DNA of 64,000 nucleotides from Orbicella franksi (Eukaryota), in assembly GCA_964199315.1 (NCBI GenBank), contig OZ116699.1:24986001-25050000 (forward strand), read 5' to 3'. Under the pieces are notes generated by a model. The model made no database searches. It saw nothing but the letters and a program-made list of their open reading frames with translations, and was not told the DNA's origin. Numbering within the stretch: position 1 is the stretch's first letter; each line of letters opens with the position of its first letter. Both the position numbers and the translations under genes were made by a program. Below are positions 36,167-50,706 of the stretch, one piece after another.

Positions 36167-37170
36167 CAGATAATTTAGCAATTGACTCAATACCTGTGAC
36201 TTGGTTTCTTGCACTACACCTCAGATTTTCCTTCTATTTTGCCTATTTGTTGTTTGCTTTTCCTTTGTCTAAAAACGCTTGCTTATTGCAAGCACTTTAT
36301 GAAATAACTATAGAATTAGGAAATAGAGTACATTTTCTCCTTGTTTAGTTATAAAAGTGTGATGGACTTTTTTAAGACCTTACATGCATGTTTTCACAGA
36401 TGTTTCAAGTTCATCTAGACTTCTGCTCAGAAAGAAGTATCGTAATGTTTTCTACTTCTGAAATCGAACATGGTTGTATTGTCTTGTTAGAAATCTTACC
36501 CTTATTTTATAATTTAAGAGATTGAAAACAATGTTTCCTTTACATAAACTGGTGCAAACACTGGAAGAACATAAAAGTTTCAAGATTTTGATTAATTCCT
36601 TGGCTTTGTATGGTTACATTTGTAGGTTCACTCAGTCACCTGTTCAGTGTTCTCTTCATGAGTTAAGAAAACCAGAGGCTTTTCTATCGTTCTGCCCAGA
36701 TTCTCTTTGTGATCATCCTCCAATCTTTCTTCCCCCTAAATGGATAGTCTCCCTTGCAGCTTTCATTGGGATCACAAAATGCTTCTCCCCTTCAACACTT
36801 CTCTGCTTGTGAAAAGCATTTCCTGACAACCCAAAAGAGCTGCACAAGAGACTTGTCAATGGTAGAAGTGTAGGATGAGCTTGGAGAAAGTCTGCCTATA
36901 ATGCTAGGTCTTTTCTGGTTTATATGAGATATTTGATCTTTCAACATTAGCACATTTTTTAAGGGTTGGAATTTTTCTGTTATGTCTTGAAAAACCCTGA
37001 GGCCTGATAACTGTTCAGTGCTGATCAACTTTCAAGAATGATTGAACCCAGACACTTGCACCATGCTGTGTAGACACGGCTGTGCGCATTTTCTGTTTCT
37101 TAATGATTGACAAGAAGCTTACCAAGCATCATATTTAAGCCCAAGATTTCCTCTGCAGTGTAGTAATATA

Positions 37171-37326
37171 CAGTGGAACCCTGCCTTACGGCCACGCCAT
37201 TAATACTGCCACCTTATTCTGGCCCGAACAAAAGCTCAATCATTTTCTTATTTAGAAAACGGCCATCCTGTTAATACAGCCAGATTTTTGTGGCCTGTCG
37301 GTGACCAGATTAACGGGGCTCCACTG
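37171..37326. mobile_element. Short Tc1/mariner-type MITE
   Basis: cagtggaaccc ... ggggctccactg with TA on both sides; related to 8425-9044. Confidence 0.75.
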
Positions 37327-38720
37327 TACAACCATTTAGCAACACTTAATACTGAGATTTAGGTGCAGCTTAGTGCACAGTGCTCCCTGGCTGTTCATGT
37401 AGTTAATAGGGAGGGTAGTTAATATTTTTTGCAGTTGATGGTTAGCAAATAATAGTGTAGCTGTACTGGAATCAGCTTTCGCCTGATAAACTTGAAAGAA
37501 AAAATGTCTGTCTGTGCATTGGTGAAAAAATATAGAGCACAAATAATGACAAATATTGTAAATGACTCCTGAATATGGCCAAGCACTTTAGCTACATACA
37601 CAGCTTCATGTATAATCATGACGAGTGCCAATAAATTTGAACTTTTAGAGAATTTAAGTCACGCACTGGATGTTAGTAGCCCATTATTACTGATTAGGCC
37701 GACTGAAGTGAAAATATGATCATGATTTTAAGCTGTGTTTGGCCTGTCCAGAATGCCTCCTTTTTCACGCTCCCCACTTGGGATAATAACCTTCGCCGAG
37801 TCACGCAGTGATTCTCCCCAGAAGAAGCGTTGCGTGAGGCGTTGGCAGACGCATTGCGCGCACGGGCAGATACAGGGTTTTTTAGCGGGGGAAGCTAGGG
37901 TGGGGAGGGCGGTGGCTGGTACCTTGGGTTTGCAGAATCAATGGGGCATTCCTCCAAAATGTTGTAACTAAAGAATTGGAGCTCAATTTAAAACTGTTAC
38001 GCCAGAAATACTTGGAACGCCTGAAAGTGGAGATTACAATGAGGTAACTGCAAGACTTTTTGCCTTCGCTTCTACCATAATATTCACAATTTCCTTTTCT
38101 TTCTTTCTTTTCTGTTTTTTTTTTTTTTTTTTTTTTTTTTGCTTCTCCGAAAAGGGGTTGGCTTGCACTTGCCGGGTCTTGGACCTTTTGGGCGGTGCTT
38201 ATTCGAGGGCGGCGCTTACTTGATAACGGCGTTCTGCAAAAAAATCAGAACATTTCAGTTTTGTAAATAATAACAAGTAAAATGGGGGCCGGGAATCGGG
38301 GCGGCACTTAATTTAAGAAAATACAGCATGCTAGATCATGCTAGGGAAACCGGGACCTGACGTGACCTCTTACCTACGCACTGCGGGTGGCGTTTTGATC
38401 AATGGCATAGGCCTGGCAAGGCTAATGACGACAGTTATAAATTTTAGGGTTAGCTTTTTTTGTTGTTGTTGTTGCTGTGGATAAGGAAACTAATTTATAT
38501 CAAGATACAATCGCTCTTCGAAATCGGGTAATTTGCGCCTCATTTCAATTCCTGATCAATACATTGACGTCGACATCGAGAAGCCTTTTGCGGTTGCGTT
38601 TTACCGCCATTCAACTGTCTCGTGTGCGTGACACACGCGTGATACTGTACTGGTGTGACAACCTGTCTGAAGTAAATGAAAAGGAGCGTCAAGGGAGCCT
38701 GAAACTAGTCATAATCCAAG

Positions 38721-41700
38721 ATGGCGGATCGTGGCGAGCTAGAAGTCACTACAACGAAGCGAGCTCGTTTGTCGTTAGAGAGTTCTTTTGATCAAAAAGA
38801 TAGCTCTGTCGGTGATTCTGATAAGGTTGAACCGTACGTTAGTTCTATTTCGCGTCACAACGTAATTGAAGAGGGTGCTAGTGAGGAAAAGTTATCAACC
38901 GAAACGATGTCACGTGAACAATGTGTCGGACATGTTGGGCACGAAAGACTAGAAAGTGAAGACTTTCCGACATGTTACAGTGTCGAAGATGGTTTAAACA
39001 ATCAAGATGAACACCATTATCAACCAATAGCAGGTAAAAAGTAATATTTTATCTAAAAATCCTCCACAAAATTAAACGTTGTCAATTTTTTCATGCCCGC
39101 CATTTTGTTTTTGATGCTATTAAGTCAACGATCGCATTTAAATTGCATCAGTTAAACCAGAACTTATCCTTTTGACCAAAAATGACGGTTTCTAACTTTT
39201 AGAAGAGAAATTACGGTTTCTTGCAGAATACCTGGCCACTTCAAATTTGCATTTCATAGAGTAATTTGTACAAGAGCAAGGCATTTAAAGTTAACAATAG
39301 AAGCCATTACTGTTCACTGAAATGTTAATTAGTGGCCAGGTAGTTTGCATTTGACTCCTAAAAGATACCACTTAAAACAGAATAGATTCGATTACCAGCC
39401 ACTGTTCCATGCTAGTAGACCGGAGTCGAGAGACCATTAGAAATCGAGCCTAACAACAGAAATAAGAGCATTTTTTTATTCTTATTTCTTTGAATACACC
39501 CTTAAAGATACTTAGACAGCTTAAAGTAGTAGTATTTCATGAATGACCTAAGTGAGGCTAGAATCCTTTATATCCCTAAGCGAGACGACTAGCATCCCTG
39601 ACCTTTTCATATGGGAGTTAACCCCCCCCCCCCCAACCCCCAGACTCAATGAAAGAACAACAAGCTTGTGTCCTAAAGTTGACCTGTTAAACACAGAGTG
39701 ATACTATATAACGAGGCTGAGGTGTTCAGCCTGCTAATCACAAATCCCAACGGACAACCAATGCTCCCATTTGATTGGCTTTTTTATTCAGGTCTAATTT
39801 TAGCACATTGCCACAAAATTCTGTAGAGTGATCAGGTGTAATTTTCTGTTTTATTTTACAAGTAAACAATGCCTTTTGAACTAAATGAACAATAGCTTCA
39901 GGAGAACTGTTGACAAAGAAAATTGACTTTTTTAATTTCAAGTTCATAATTTTGTTCCTCCACTTGCAAAAGCCTATCGTATGAATTCGAGCTGTTCACC
40001 CAAATTTATAAAATGCTGTGTCTAGTTCTTTTGATGCCAGAGTGTCTTTGCTCCTTCGAGGATTAACATGGTTGTGAAATAAGTTTGGAAACTAAAACTC
40101 GTAAAAGATACAAGCAGACTGCGAAGGTAATGTATTATATCTACAGTAATATGGTTATTCTTCAGCCAGTTATCTAAAAGAGATTCCATGAGGTGAACAT
40201 TGGCTGCTGTTGTACCCTTGCTGCTAATATTCAGTTGGCCTTTTACGAACGCAATTTTTGTTTTTATTGCATTCAGCCATGTGTCTTCCTTCTTCTTTCT
40301 AACATCAATATTCAAGTGAAATCTCACTTTGACATTTTGCAAGTTTTCTTGTTTCTTCATAGTACTTTTTGTTTCCAATTTCTTTGCTCTGAATATAGTT
40401 TGAGGAATAACTCAGCATTGTTTAATTTGCATTTTGTTTGCACCATCATTACGCTCATAAATCTGAATAATTTTAAATATCCCACCAAAATCCATCTGTG
40501 TTCACTGGCTAACTAAAATCACCTCTTAGGAGATTTGTTTTCATTCTCGGCATGCTGAGATAAATGGAAACAGATAGCTCATTGTGTCCGTTGATCGCAG
40601 GCATCAGCTTTGTTATTTAGTTAGCGGCAAAATTTGAATGTTCCATGAAGTGACGAAGATAATTCATTGTTTTTTGTTCTTCAAAAGGCATCTTCTAAAG
40701 TGTTAATATAAGTTTTATTTTCACTGTATATTTACCATTTACCTTATACTACTCTACGTAAATGAGCCCATTGTTTTAACGAAAAAAAATGCTTTTTCTC
40801 CATGACTTCTATGTTATGCGACCGTTATTTCGGCTATCCACCATTGCACAAAAAAGCCAACAAAGTGCTTCAAAGGTGGCGTGTCCTTGTCTTTTACAGG
40901 ATCACTCCGTGTTTAAACAGATTTTATATAACATGTACAACAGTTTCAAATAGATCAAGACCAAGAATTTTGTCTTTGTTTTCCAAGGTCCTATGGGCTG
41001 GATTCAACGGCAGATGAATCTTGATGTTAATCCCGAAGATGTACTTGCCTATATGGTGCCCCATGCTCAGTTGGTAAGCCAGTATTATTACAAGCAGAAT
41101 GTTATGAGCTATCATTTAATTTTGTTGACACACAATTCCCTTTGGAAAACAACCTTGGTATCAGAACCCATCTTTTCAGGAAGTTTATTCATTTGACAGT
41201 GAAGGCTTTTTTTAACAGACCTTTCTTACCCCCTTCACAAAATTTCTTTGATTTTTCTGTGAGAGGTGGAGGTGTTTTCTGTAACCTGATGTATTAGCAA
41301 CTACATTGAATTTTTATGTGAATGAAGTCCCATTGTCATATGAAAGGATGATCACTGTGAGAAAGAGTTTAAAGGTACTGAATTCAGAAATGGCCTATTG
41401 AAATGCATGCTAATTTTTTCTCTCCTCAGCCTCCCAACTTAGATCGGGCAACTTTATGGAAAATCATTATTGATATCCTCACTGAGCCTACACCAAGACA
41501 AAAGCTTGACCATGTCAACTCTCTTGATGATGTTGTAGAACTTCTCAGAGGATCAAAGAACATCATTGTTTTAACAGGGGCTGGGGTATGTTAATTAATA
41601 AAAATTAGATTAAGTAAATAAAGGTATCAGTATTTTTTGTCTATCCTTGAAATTTGTAGACATGATTGGTATCACACTTTTTAAATCTTACTACAGTGTA

Positions 41701-44700
41701 AATGCTTGATTGGTTGGCCTGACCTAGTCAAGGAAAAAGTGTGAACTGTGTGGCTCTGACATGTCAGCAAGTCGTTGACATTCCACAAGTTTTCAATAAC
41801 ACTAATCATGCTTAGTTATAGTAGCATGATATTGATTAAATATTAAATTAGATCTGTCCAGAGGATTTAAAATAATTGATTCTTTGGTGATTTTACCCTG
41901 GGGGGGAAGGGGGAAGGGACTCCCGTATGAAAAGGGCGGGGGTGCTCATTGTACCTTTTGGGGGTTACAAAACCAGTTTTGGTATCTCTTAGGGTGGTCA
42001 GCCTCAAGAGGTCCACAGCAGAAGCTTCTGCTGTACCTTCTAGGGTATTGTTGTTTAGAATTGGTACCTCTTAGGGGTGAAAAAAATTTCAAGCCATGCC
42101 CACAAAACAGGTTCTTGGTACCTCTTAGGGGTTCTTGTCAAAATTTCTGACGAGCAGCCCCGTCCTTTCTATATGGGGGTCCTTTTTACACAGACTTTGT
42201 ACATACATTATTAATGATAATTTACGTAATTTTGTAGCAATTATTGTTAACAATATGTAGCTGGATTTACAGTACCATAAGTTTATTTTTTGTCTGAGAC
42301 CTTACTTCCAAGTATTTAATTCAGATACTGTCTTGATCACTATGTACCACTGACTGCAATATGAAGTTAGAGCATAGGTGTAGCAAGACTCCCTTTGTGG
42401 TCATTCATAATTCCGATTGCTTTGCAGGTGTCTGTATCTTGTGGTATCCCTGACTTTAGATCCCGAGATGGTGTATATGCCAAATTAAGTGTGGAGTATC
42501 CTGATCTACCAGATCCTCAAGCAATGTTTGACATCTCCTATTTCTACCAGAATCCAAGGCCATTCTTTAAGTTTGCAAAGGTAGGCATTCACTATACATG
42601 ACTGTATTATATGGCTAGCTCGGTGAACAGGCAAGATGAACCAGATCCTGTGGTGTGATTGGCTACTCGAAAAGGTAAGATTGCACTATCTTACCCGCTG
42701 CAGCTTCAATGGGATTACACGCTGTGTCCAATAAGAAAAGTTTTCCCCAATTCATCAGCGTTCTTTAGTAGTGTGCACATGCAGGCAACTTGATTAGCTG
42801 TCTATTTCTAGTTCTTGTTCACCTAGACTAGGGGCAATTTTATTAGGGGCCCTTTGACTTCCATGTATCTAGTCTTAATAAGGGTTGTACCATTGTAGAA
42901 AGATTTAAGATTGCCACATGTTTCATGAGAGCTGTAGTCTTCTGGCTAGACAAGGGGCTACAAGTAAGCTTCAATTTAGCCACATTGTAGTCATGGATGA
43001 AATAAATGCATCCAGTGTCAAAATGTTTCATAGAAACAGACCAGGTAACACCTATAGTAGGCAGTAAAGGCTAGATGGATTTGTTATATTTAGTTAGGAT
43101 TTACCGGTAGTGATAAGAACTGACAGTAACCAATGATGTACTGTAGCAAAATTGCTGGCTGCTGGCACATTAATTTTTGGCTGGGCTGTAAATGCATGCA
43201 TTCCTATAAATACTAACTGCAATAATCTGGTTGCTCTTTGGCCTCAGGAAATATACCCTGGACAATTCAAACCATCCCTTTGCCACAGATTCATAAAGCA
43301 GTTGGAATCAAATGGACAACTACTGAAGAACTATTCCCAGAATATTGACACTCTGGAACAGGTTGTGGGCATATCAAGGGTCATACAGTGCCATGGTTAG
43401 CCTTGATATTTTACTAATAAATACTGTACAATGTCATAGTGTATTTACTGTGCAGATCCATGGAACACTTCTTGTCAATGTTCATGAATGGAATGGCCAT
43501 TGAGTCATGACCATTGGAGATCTATCTTTGATAGACTTACTGTAGCATACATGTTGTTTCTGCCAATATTGAAGTCAAGTGTGATTTGCATAGTGATACT
43601 TTTCCGAGAAATTCTGCTTGCCGAAGCCAAGAAAGTTTTACTAAACATCATCTTAATTCGGAAAAACCTAATTTGCATACACTTTTGAAAGTGTATGCAA
43701 ATTAGGTTTTTCCAAACTAAGATGATGCATAGTGATACTGTTTGGAAGAAACACTTGTCAATGACCAACTTTTCAATTTCAATGGGTCTCCAAATACTGT
43801 ACATGCACCATCTTTAATGCATCAAAATGGGAATAGAATATGTGTAATTTACATGATAACAGATAAACAGTGTTATTGTATTCACCTGACAGCCCTCAGA
43901 CTTGGCAGATACTAACACCCTTGGCCTTGTAATGTTAACTATCATTCTCAGTCTCATCCAATAAGATATTTTAAAATATGATTGTATATTTTTTGTCAAT
44001 GCTAATAAAAACCTCACACTAAGTTTATCCACTCACAGAATTTATTCAGCCTCTAAAGTGCAGGTTTTTCTTATGAAATGTGTCTCCAAAGAAGCCCAAA
44101 ACTCGACATCGTTGCCGCTATTTTGAACATTACTCACTCAGCCAGGCCACATTTTCGTGACATCATTCCATCCAAGAGATTTTGGCTTCTGACAAGCCTT
44201 TTAACTGCCACTCTAGGTTATGGCTGCTCTTGAGCCATATTATTTTGAGCCAAACATGCCCCAAACTCCAAAATGAAAGTAGTGAAGACAGTGAAGAGCA
44301 TAATCACAAGGGAAAAAAAAATCATTTTGCTGACCTTGTGAAGGATGCAAAGTCAGTTGTAGGATTTTCTCCTTCCTGCCAATTTCGAGTCAGATGGAAT
44401 GACGTCACATAAACATTGCCTGGCTGCCAAGCAAGGTTTCAAAATGGTGGCCTCCGAAATTGAATTTGGGCTTCTTTTAAGACGAATTTCTTCAGGATAG
44501 TAGGTACTTAAGAGGCTGAAACTTTGGTGAGTGGAAAAGCTGATTGGTTACTTGCTATAGGTGAAGACCAAATAAGTAAGCTTTTTGGAGTAACCTTTAA
44601 AATAATGTATCAGCAATCAGTAGTTTATGATATTTAAAGGAGGATAAATATTTTTATTACAAAAAAAACAATGATTATTGATGTTTTTTTACATCACAGG

Positions 44701-47700
44701 CTCATTTTCCACTGCTTCATGCACAAGCTGCAAGTACCAAGTTTCTTGTGAGGCCATAAGAGAAGATATTTTTCAGCAAGTTAGTTGATTTTCGATTTGT
44801 AAAATAAAAATTCAATGTTCAATGAAATGTGTATACTAACTGCAGACTGCACAGATGTTGTTGGAAGCTTTAGGAATCTTCTCTTATAGCATGGTGAACA
44901 AAGTCTCAATTGTACAAAATATAATGCATTGTTCAGGAGAAATACATAACAACTCCTAAGTGCCGTTTGCTAATTTCTTAATGCCAACATCCACCTTCTA
45001 AGTAAAGCAACAATGAATTCTCACAGCAGTTTGTTACAACACCACCATAACTGGACCAAGATGACCACTGAGATTTCCTTTTCTACATCAAAGAAGCTTG
45101 CATTTTAGGAGTTGCACACCATCGATGAATAATAGCTTAAAAACCAGGCATTTTCTTCTGAGTATCACATTTGTTTCACTTTCACTTGTGAGCGGATTCT
45201 GCCAGTAACCATCCTGCATAGTATGCTTTATGTTCATGTGCATTTAACTTGTTTGGCTTTCTTCCCTCAGGTCATACCTCTTTGCCCAAAATGCCCACAA
45301 GATGGGAGCTGTTTTGCCATAATGAAACCTGGTATCCTTTGAATATTGTTGACATAAAAATAGTAGAAAGATGATAGACCTTTAGAATGAAACTTTAGAT
45401 GTCTGATGTCCATTTTGGAACTCTTGAACTTTTAGTCCAGCTTTAGGTTACTCAAGGACTGTATGTGAAGATTTTTATACAGTCAGCTTTGTTATGTCTG
45501 TGTGACCCATGAAACTTGATTTTGGGTGAAAGCGAGGTTTATCCATTGCTGCAAACTCACTCTCCTGTTGACTTTTTTTTGGCTAGATTGCCTCCAGTAC
45601 ATGTGCTGCTGTGCTCATTGACTGCAGCATGTACCCAACATACATCCTGATTGAATTTACAAGCTAAAAATTAATTGTACAGAGATACGCAGGTTAGGAC
45701 ATTATCAGTCCCTTTCCAGTCAAGTTGTTTCCTTTTCGATTGCTAATTTATGTACATGTACCTTGACTCTGTTGTTCTAGATATTGTATTCTTTGGTGAG
45801 AGTCTTCCATCTGAGTTTTATCACAACCTAGATGAAGATTCTGAAAAGGTATACCTTTATGATACTAGACAGTTTAGTTCTAATAATTTTGTAGAATCTT
45901 CACATAGTTGAGGGAATTTTTTTGGGTTTCATAGACCTGATGTGAGAGTGTAGGTGTACTTGACTTTTGACCAATAAACAATCTGTATTGATAAAATTTG
46001 TATGCAATTTTTGCATTATCCTTTTTATTTTAGCATCTGCTATCAAAAGTGCATGTGACAAAATTTTACAGACACTCTCTAAGTCAGCCTGTGTACAGCC
46101 GCCCCCTCCCCTCAAAAAAATTAGGGAGAGAGACTTTCTCCCCGATCTTTCTGAGGGGAGTGGTGGCTGTACACAGGCTATCTCTAAGGCAGTCCTTGCT
46201 AATCACTCCTTCTTTGTTCAGGTTGATCTTCTTATAGTTATTGGTTCTTCTTTGAAAGTCAGACCAGTGGCGTTAATTCCAAGTAAGTGTCTAAAGCAAA
46301 TGGTCACTTGTTTTCATAACTGTACAATTCATGTTGGAGGCGGCCTGCCTTACCTTCACTTACAATATTAAGGATCAGGTACTTCCACCTGTGACGTCCT
46401 GAAATATTTTTAAGTCCCCCTAATGGCATATGCAATTGCCGGATCGACATTTCTTCTTGTTGGATAGTGCAAGGTAACAATCTTTTGGTCGAATCAGTTC
46501 AATTAAAACACTTCCATTTGGGCACCAAAAGGTCGTGAAATATTTCTGAGTCACCCCAATGGCATGTAATTATCAGATAGACAACAACTCTACATGTCAG
46601 ATTCTCCATTCGATGAATAGAACGAATCGATGGAATCAAAGTCCCTGTTTTGTGGATAGGATCTATTCGACAGTATTGGACAACCCACTTACTTTATGGG
46701 CTCGGGCTACCTAGCTTGTTTTTACCGTAGTGGCATTGTTAGCTGCTTAGTCGTCAGCTAGACTGTGCAAGTGTCCGGTGGCTTCATTCACTACAGGTCA
46801 TGTGCCGCCTGAGGTGCCACAGGTGCTTATCAACAGAGAGCCGCTCAGACACATGACATTCGATGTCGAGTTACTGGGTGACTGTGACGTCATCATCTCT
46901 GAGCTATGCCAGCGACTGGGCGGGTCCTGGATCAGTTTGTTGGACGATTTTAAGATGCCTTATGTGGAGAGAGGTCTTTCATCACCTGACAAGGTTAACG
47001 TGACTCCAGAGGAGCGTCCAGAAGTCGTCGAGAGTAAAGTATCAGGAGCTCTTGATGGTGATCGGGTGAGATGCATCTGACTATATATGGCTTTTGAAAG
47101 TTGTAATAATGAGCAAAGTGAAAACTATACACCAAACCATTTTCTGACATCTAACAACCGATCCATTATTTAAAAACATCTTTTCAATTTCAGACTCAAC
47201 AAAGTGCACAAAGTGATGAAAGAAGTGTATTACACGATATAGAGAATACAAGTCAAGATGCTAGTCGAGGATATCCGCTGCCCCCTAAGGAAGGTCATGT
47301 GACTGTAGGTGAGAGCAGTGGCTGTGAAGAGACTGGTGACGAGCCATGCAGAGACCAGCCTAGAGCTTCTGCCGCTGGACAACAAAATGAGCACTCTACT
47401 AACAACGACACACCATGCCAAGAAGGTGGATGAAAACAAAATCTTTATCTGTTGTATTTCCTTCCCCTTAGCCACTTCTCCTCCACCCTCGCTATTTTCG
47501 CGCTTTACTTGTTTCAAACTGTACTGGAACATGTTAATCTCTAAATGGCGTCATAGTGAATGGTCGCACTTTCATAGCAGTTGTCGCAATTGACCCTGTA
47601 TGAAAATAGGGCTTTTGTGTCACCTAAATGCGTCGTTTCCATGTTGCTTTACACAACGATAAAATGAACAAAGCTGAACAGGTTATTAAGATCGTGCAGA

Positions 47701-49191
47701 CTAATCAGTCTGTGCTTTCAAGTATTTAGAACACATCCAAATAACGGTGTTGAGTAGAAAGAGAAGTTTCCAGGAGAAATTCTATAGCTGTGAAATTTTT
47801 CACACGGGGAATAGTTCAGGGTCTTTAAATGCGTAAGGCTGTTATAGGCCCGAGGAGGTACTCCCTTATATGGGTTATATAGGTATGTGCGGCCCCAAAG
47901 GCTATGGTTTTTTCAGCCATTCTGGTCATAAATAGGGTATCGATTTGGCCATTTTGCTCTTAAATTAGGTATGGTTTTTGTGCTCTAGACTTGGATTGGG
48001 TTTTTTAGAAGCAACTTTTTCATCATTATCGATAAGACCATAAACAACCGGACTTCAAAAATTATGTTTAGGGCAACTGTGTCAGCCGCAATGGTCATAA
48101 ATAGGGTATCGAATTTTTGGTCTGGTCATAATTAGGGTAGGGAGAATCGCAGATTTTGGCCATAAATAGGGTAAGGGTTTTCGGAAGCGGGCCGCACACC
48201 CCCAACAAATTTTTCTGCGAGTACCCCCCCCCCCCTCCGGAGTTATAGGCTGAGGGGTGAGGAACTCGCTTGATTGGTTATTGTTTTGATTAGTTTTTTT
48301 TTCGTTATCGTTAGGAACAAGGTAATATAAACTGACCTGGGCTGTAAGAAATATGTGTAAGTGTTAACTGCACTCATTGTGGCCACAGAATGGTACGTTC
48401 CACGCCAACAAACCCATTACTTTCATTTTTCATCTTTTGCAGATTTTCCTCGATTCCTCTTCATGCCTCCAAGTCGTTACATTTTCTATGGCGCTGAAGT
48501 TATGGACTCTCCTCTCCCCTCCCCCTCCCCCTCCCCCTCAAGAAACATCAGTGGCTACTTGGACAGTACTAGCGAGGGGAGTGACAGTGACAGTGTTGGA
48601 GAAATCGATGATAACGAAGCTGGCGGTGATCAGCTTGATGGCATTATTCAAGATCTGATGAGACATGAAAGAAGCGCTGACAGAAGCACTGAGAACAAGC
48701 TCCAAACAACAACAAACAATGGGCAACTGGTTACTCGCGGCAGCAGCGGCAGTGACAGTACCAGTGACGATGGCTTTGATGAAGGCGATGCAGATAAAGC
48801 CTCAGAGATCTACAATAGCGAAGTAAGTAAACAGGCGTTGTCTCTAATCCTGGGAGGTTTGAGCAGCTACACGTGCGCAAGCGAGGAGAACAGTCTGTTG
48901 TCGGCTGGCTCTGATGACCCAGTCACTCCGGGCTCGAGTGAGCCTTGCTGCCTGCCGTCAGTTGCTGCAGACACGCTGTTGACTGACCGACCATTCAGTG
49001 GTGTTACCATGGATAGACCGCCAACACAGCCAGATTATCCAGAGCCTGGAAATCAGGATCACATCGAAGATACAAAGAAAGGTGCTTCTGAATGCGGCCA
49101 ATCTGGTGACGACTGTGTGCCGTTGGGAACGAAAGATGATGTTAGCAGTGATGCGAGTGCTACCCTGAAATCCGATTCTTTGCATTCATGA
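38721..49191 (+). CDS. SIRT1: NAD-dependent protein deacetylase sirtuin-1
   Basis: Exons: 38721-39033, 40988-41073, 41430-41585, 42428-42580, 43248-43395, 44700-44779, 45271-45331, 45781-45848, 46222-46282, 46797-47065, 47194-47308 (or to 47425), 48443-49191; all phase-compatible. Motifs: IIVLTGAGVSVSCGIPDFRS, QNIDTLE, catalytic QCHG, Zn CTSC/CPKC, KPDIVFFGE, GSSLKVRP, INRE, LLGDCD, and the SIRT1-specific C-terminal FLFMPPSRYIFYGAEV. Confidence 0.96.
44045..44520. mobile_element. MITE with long imperfect inverted arms (SIRT1 intron 5)
   Basis: Perfect terminal ttcagcctct / agaggctgaa. Internal inverted blocks aagaagcccaaa / tttgggcttctt and gtgacatcattccatc / gatggaatgacgtcac. Confidence 0.7.
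45332..45780 (+). other. U12-type (minor spliceosome) GT-AG intron in SIRT1
   Basis: 5' site GTATCCTTTG; branch-point-like CCTTGAC at 45761-45767, 14 nt from the AG; weak pyrimidine tract. Confidence 0.85.
47850..48238. mobile_element. MITE-like dispersed repeat (gggtactc ... gagtacccc ends)
   Basis: Ends cccgaggaggtactc and gagtaccccccccccc; internal ggtcataaatagggta repeats. Confidence 0.55.
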
Positions 49192-49702
49192 CGTTAATGT
49201 TTATTTATTCTGTAAAGAACTATAGAAGCATTTTCTTCTTACATGTGTATTATGTATATTATATATTATATATTTTTTGGTATTATTTAGCCAAATGGGC
49301 ATAAAACAAATCTTGACTACACGGTCTGGAAAACCGCCATCTGCGACGCGACTGTAATACAGCTGTAACTTAACCCTCCTGTATAGTTCAATACCGTACT
49401 GCACTACAGTATTTACAATTTTGAGATTTGAATTAAGAGCTGGGTCTTAATATAGTCAATGTACAATATATTACAATATGCAGTATTTATCTTTATTATT
49501 TTTGATTGGTTCCCTGGGCTGCCCGAATTTATAGCTACCCACCGCCAAGTTCTACTTTCGTTCTGTTCTAAGTAAAACGACAATTTCCTAAGTCTAGCGG
49601 ACGTTTAATCGAAGTATATGCTGTTTATTTTTGGCGCACGCTTTTGTCAAAATAGCTCCATTAATTTATAGGCAAAATTTAAAAAAAAAACCACCATGAT
49701 AA

Positions 49703-49872
49703 TAGCCTCTTCCAAACGTTCAGTTAGTTGAGGTGAAGCGCCAAAATCAGCGAGCGAAAACACAGGGGAGAGGCGTGGTGCGGCGCAGCTCCTCCCACCA
49801 AGCCTCTCTCCTTTTTTCCCTCGGTCGTTTTTTCGCGCTGCGCCAGAACTAATTGAACGCCTGGAAGAGGCA
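49703..49872. mobile_element. Palindromic MITE
   Basis: tagcctcttccaaacgttcagttagtt vs aactaattgaacgcctggaagaggcaa. Accounts for much of spurious ORF 49647..50090. Confidence 0.75.
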
Positions 49873-50706
49873 ACCATGATGAAGGAAAAAAAAAAAAAAG
49901 GAAAAAAAAAAAAGAAATACTGATCGAGCTGTTTAATTTGCGAGTTTATGTGCCTTGGCACGACTAAGGCCATAAACTTACAAGAGAAGAAGGAGAAAAA
50001 AGAAAACTCGACCAGTATTTCCCCTACACGGACCGCGCGCTCATAATTAATAACATTCATGTTATTTTGCAACAGAAAGCATAAGAGCAACCTAAAGGTA
50101 TATTACATGACGTTTTTTGTGCTCCGTAAACAGTTCAAGCTGGACTAGGGTGGGGCGCACACCTTCAGTAGACTAACGAGTAAGAAATGACATATAAAAG
50201 AGTAGCTGTAAATAAACCATCTGAAATATAATTATGTGCTGCCTGTGCATTGAGAATTGAATTGTTGACAATCTAGATTATCGGCTTGTAACTTGGTTTG
50301 CTAGAAGCAAATTATAATGCTAGAAGTGCATATCTCGTATAACGACGCGCGCGTTCAGATTCCCCGCGAGTAGGTTATTTTTTAGCGCTAAACTTCGCGG
50401 GAAAAAAGAGGGAAGGATATACCGTAGTGTGTCAATTTGGAGGAAGCTTGAGAAAGCATAAGTATACCAATCGGCAGTGACGTTTTGCCAACTCTCTTCA
50501 GTTACACAATTCTCTGATTACGCGGAGTTCAGAAAGCTATTTTTGGATTTACGTTTGTCTTCTGCTTCCTGTTCAGTTTTGCTTTGGTTAAAAAACGCGC
50601 GTGCTAGTTACAGAATTGCTCACACAAATGACGAAATATAAATGAAACAATCTCACTGACCTAGTGCCCGACTTGGACTTTTGCAACAGTTTGTCAAGTT
50701 ATTAAA

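Noticed and set aside
36400-37150. Overlapping short ORFs between UBE2D-B and SIRT1
   Set aside because: No recognisable domain, many stops, no coherent splice structure.
45849-45858. GTATACCTTT donor of the next SIRT1 intron as a second U12 intron
   Set aside because: Does not match GTATCCTT, and the 3' end has a normal pyrimidine tract without a clear U12 branch point.
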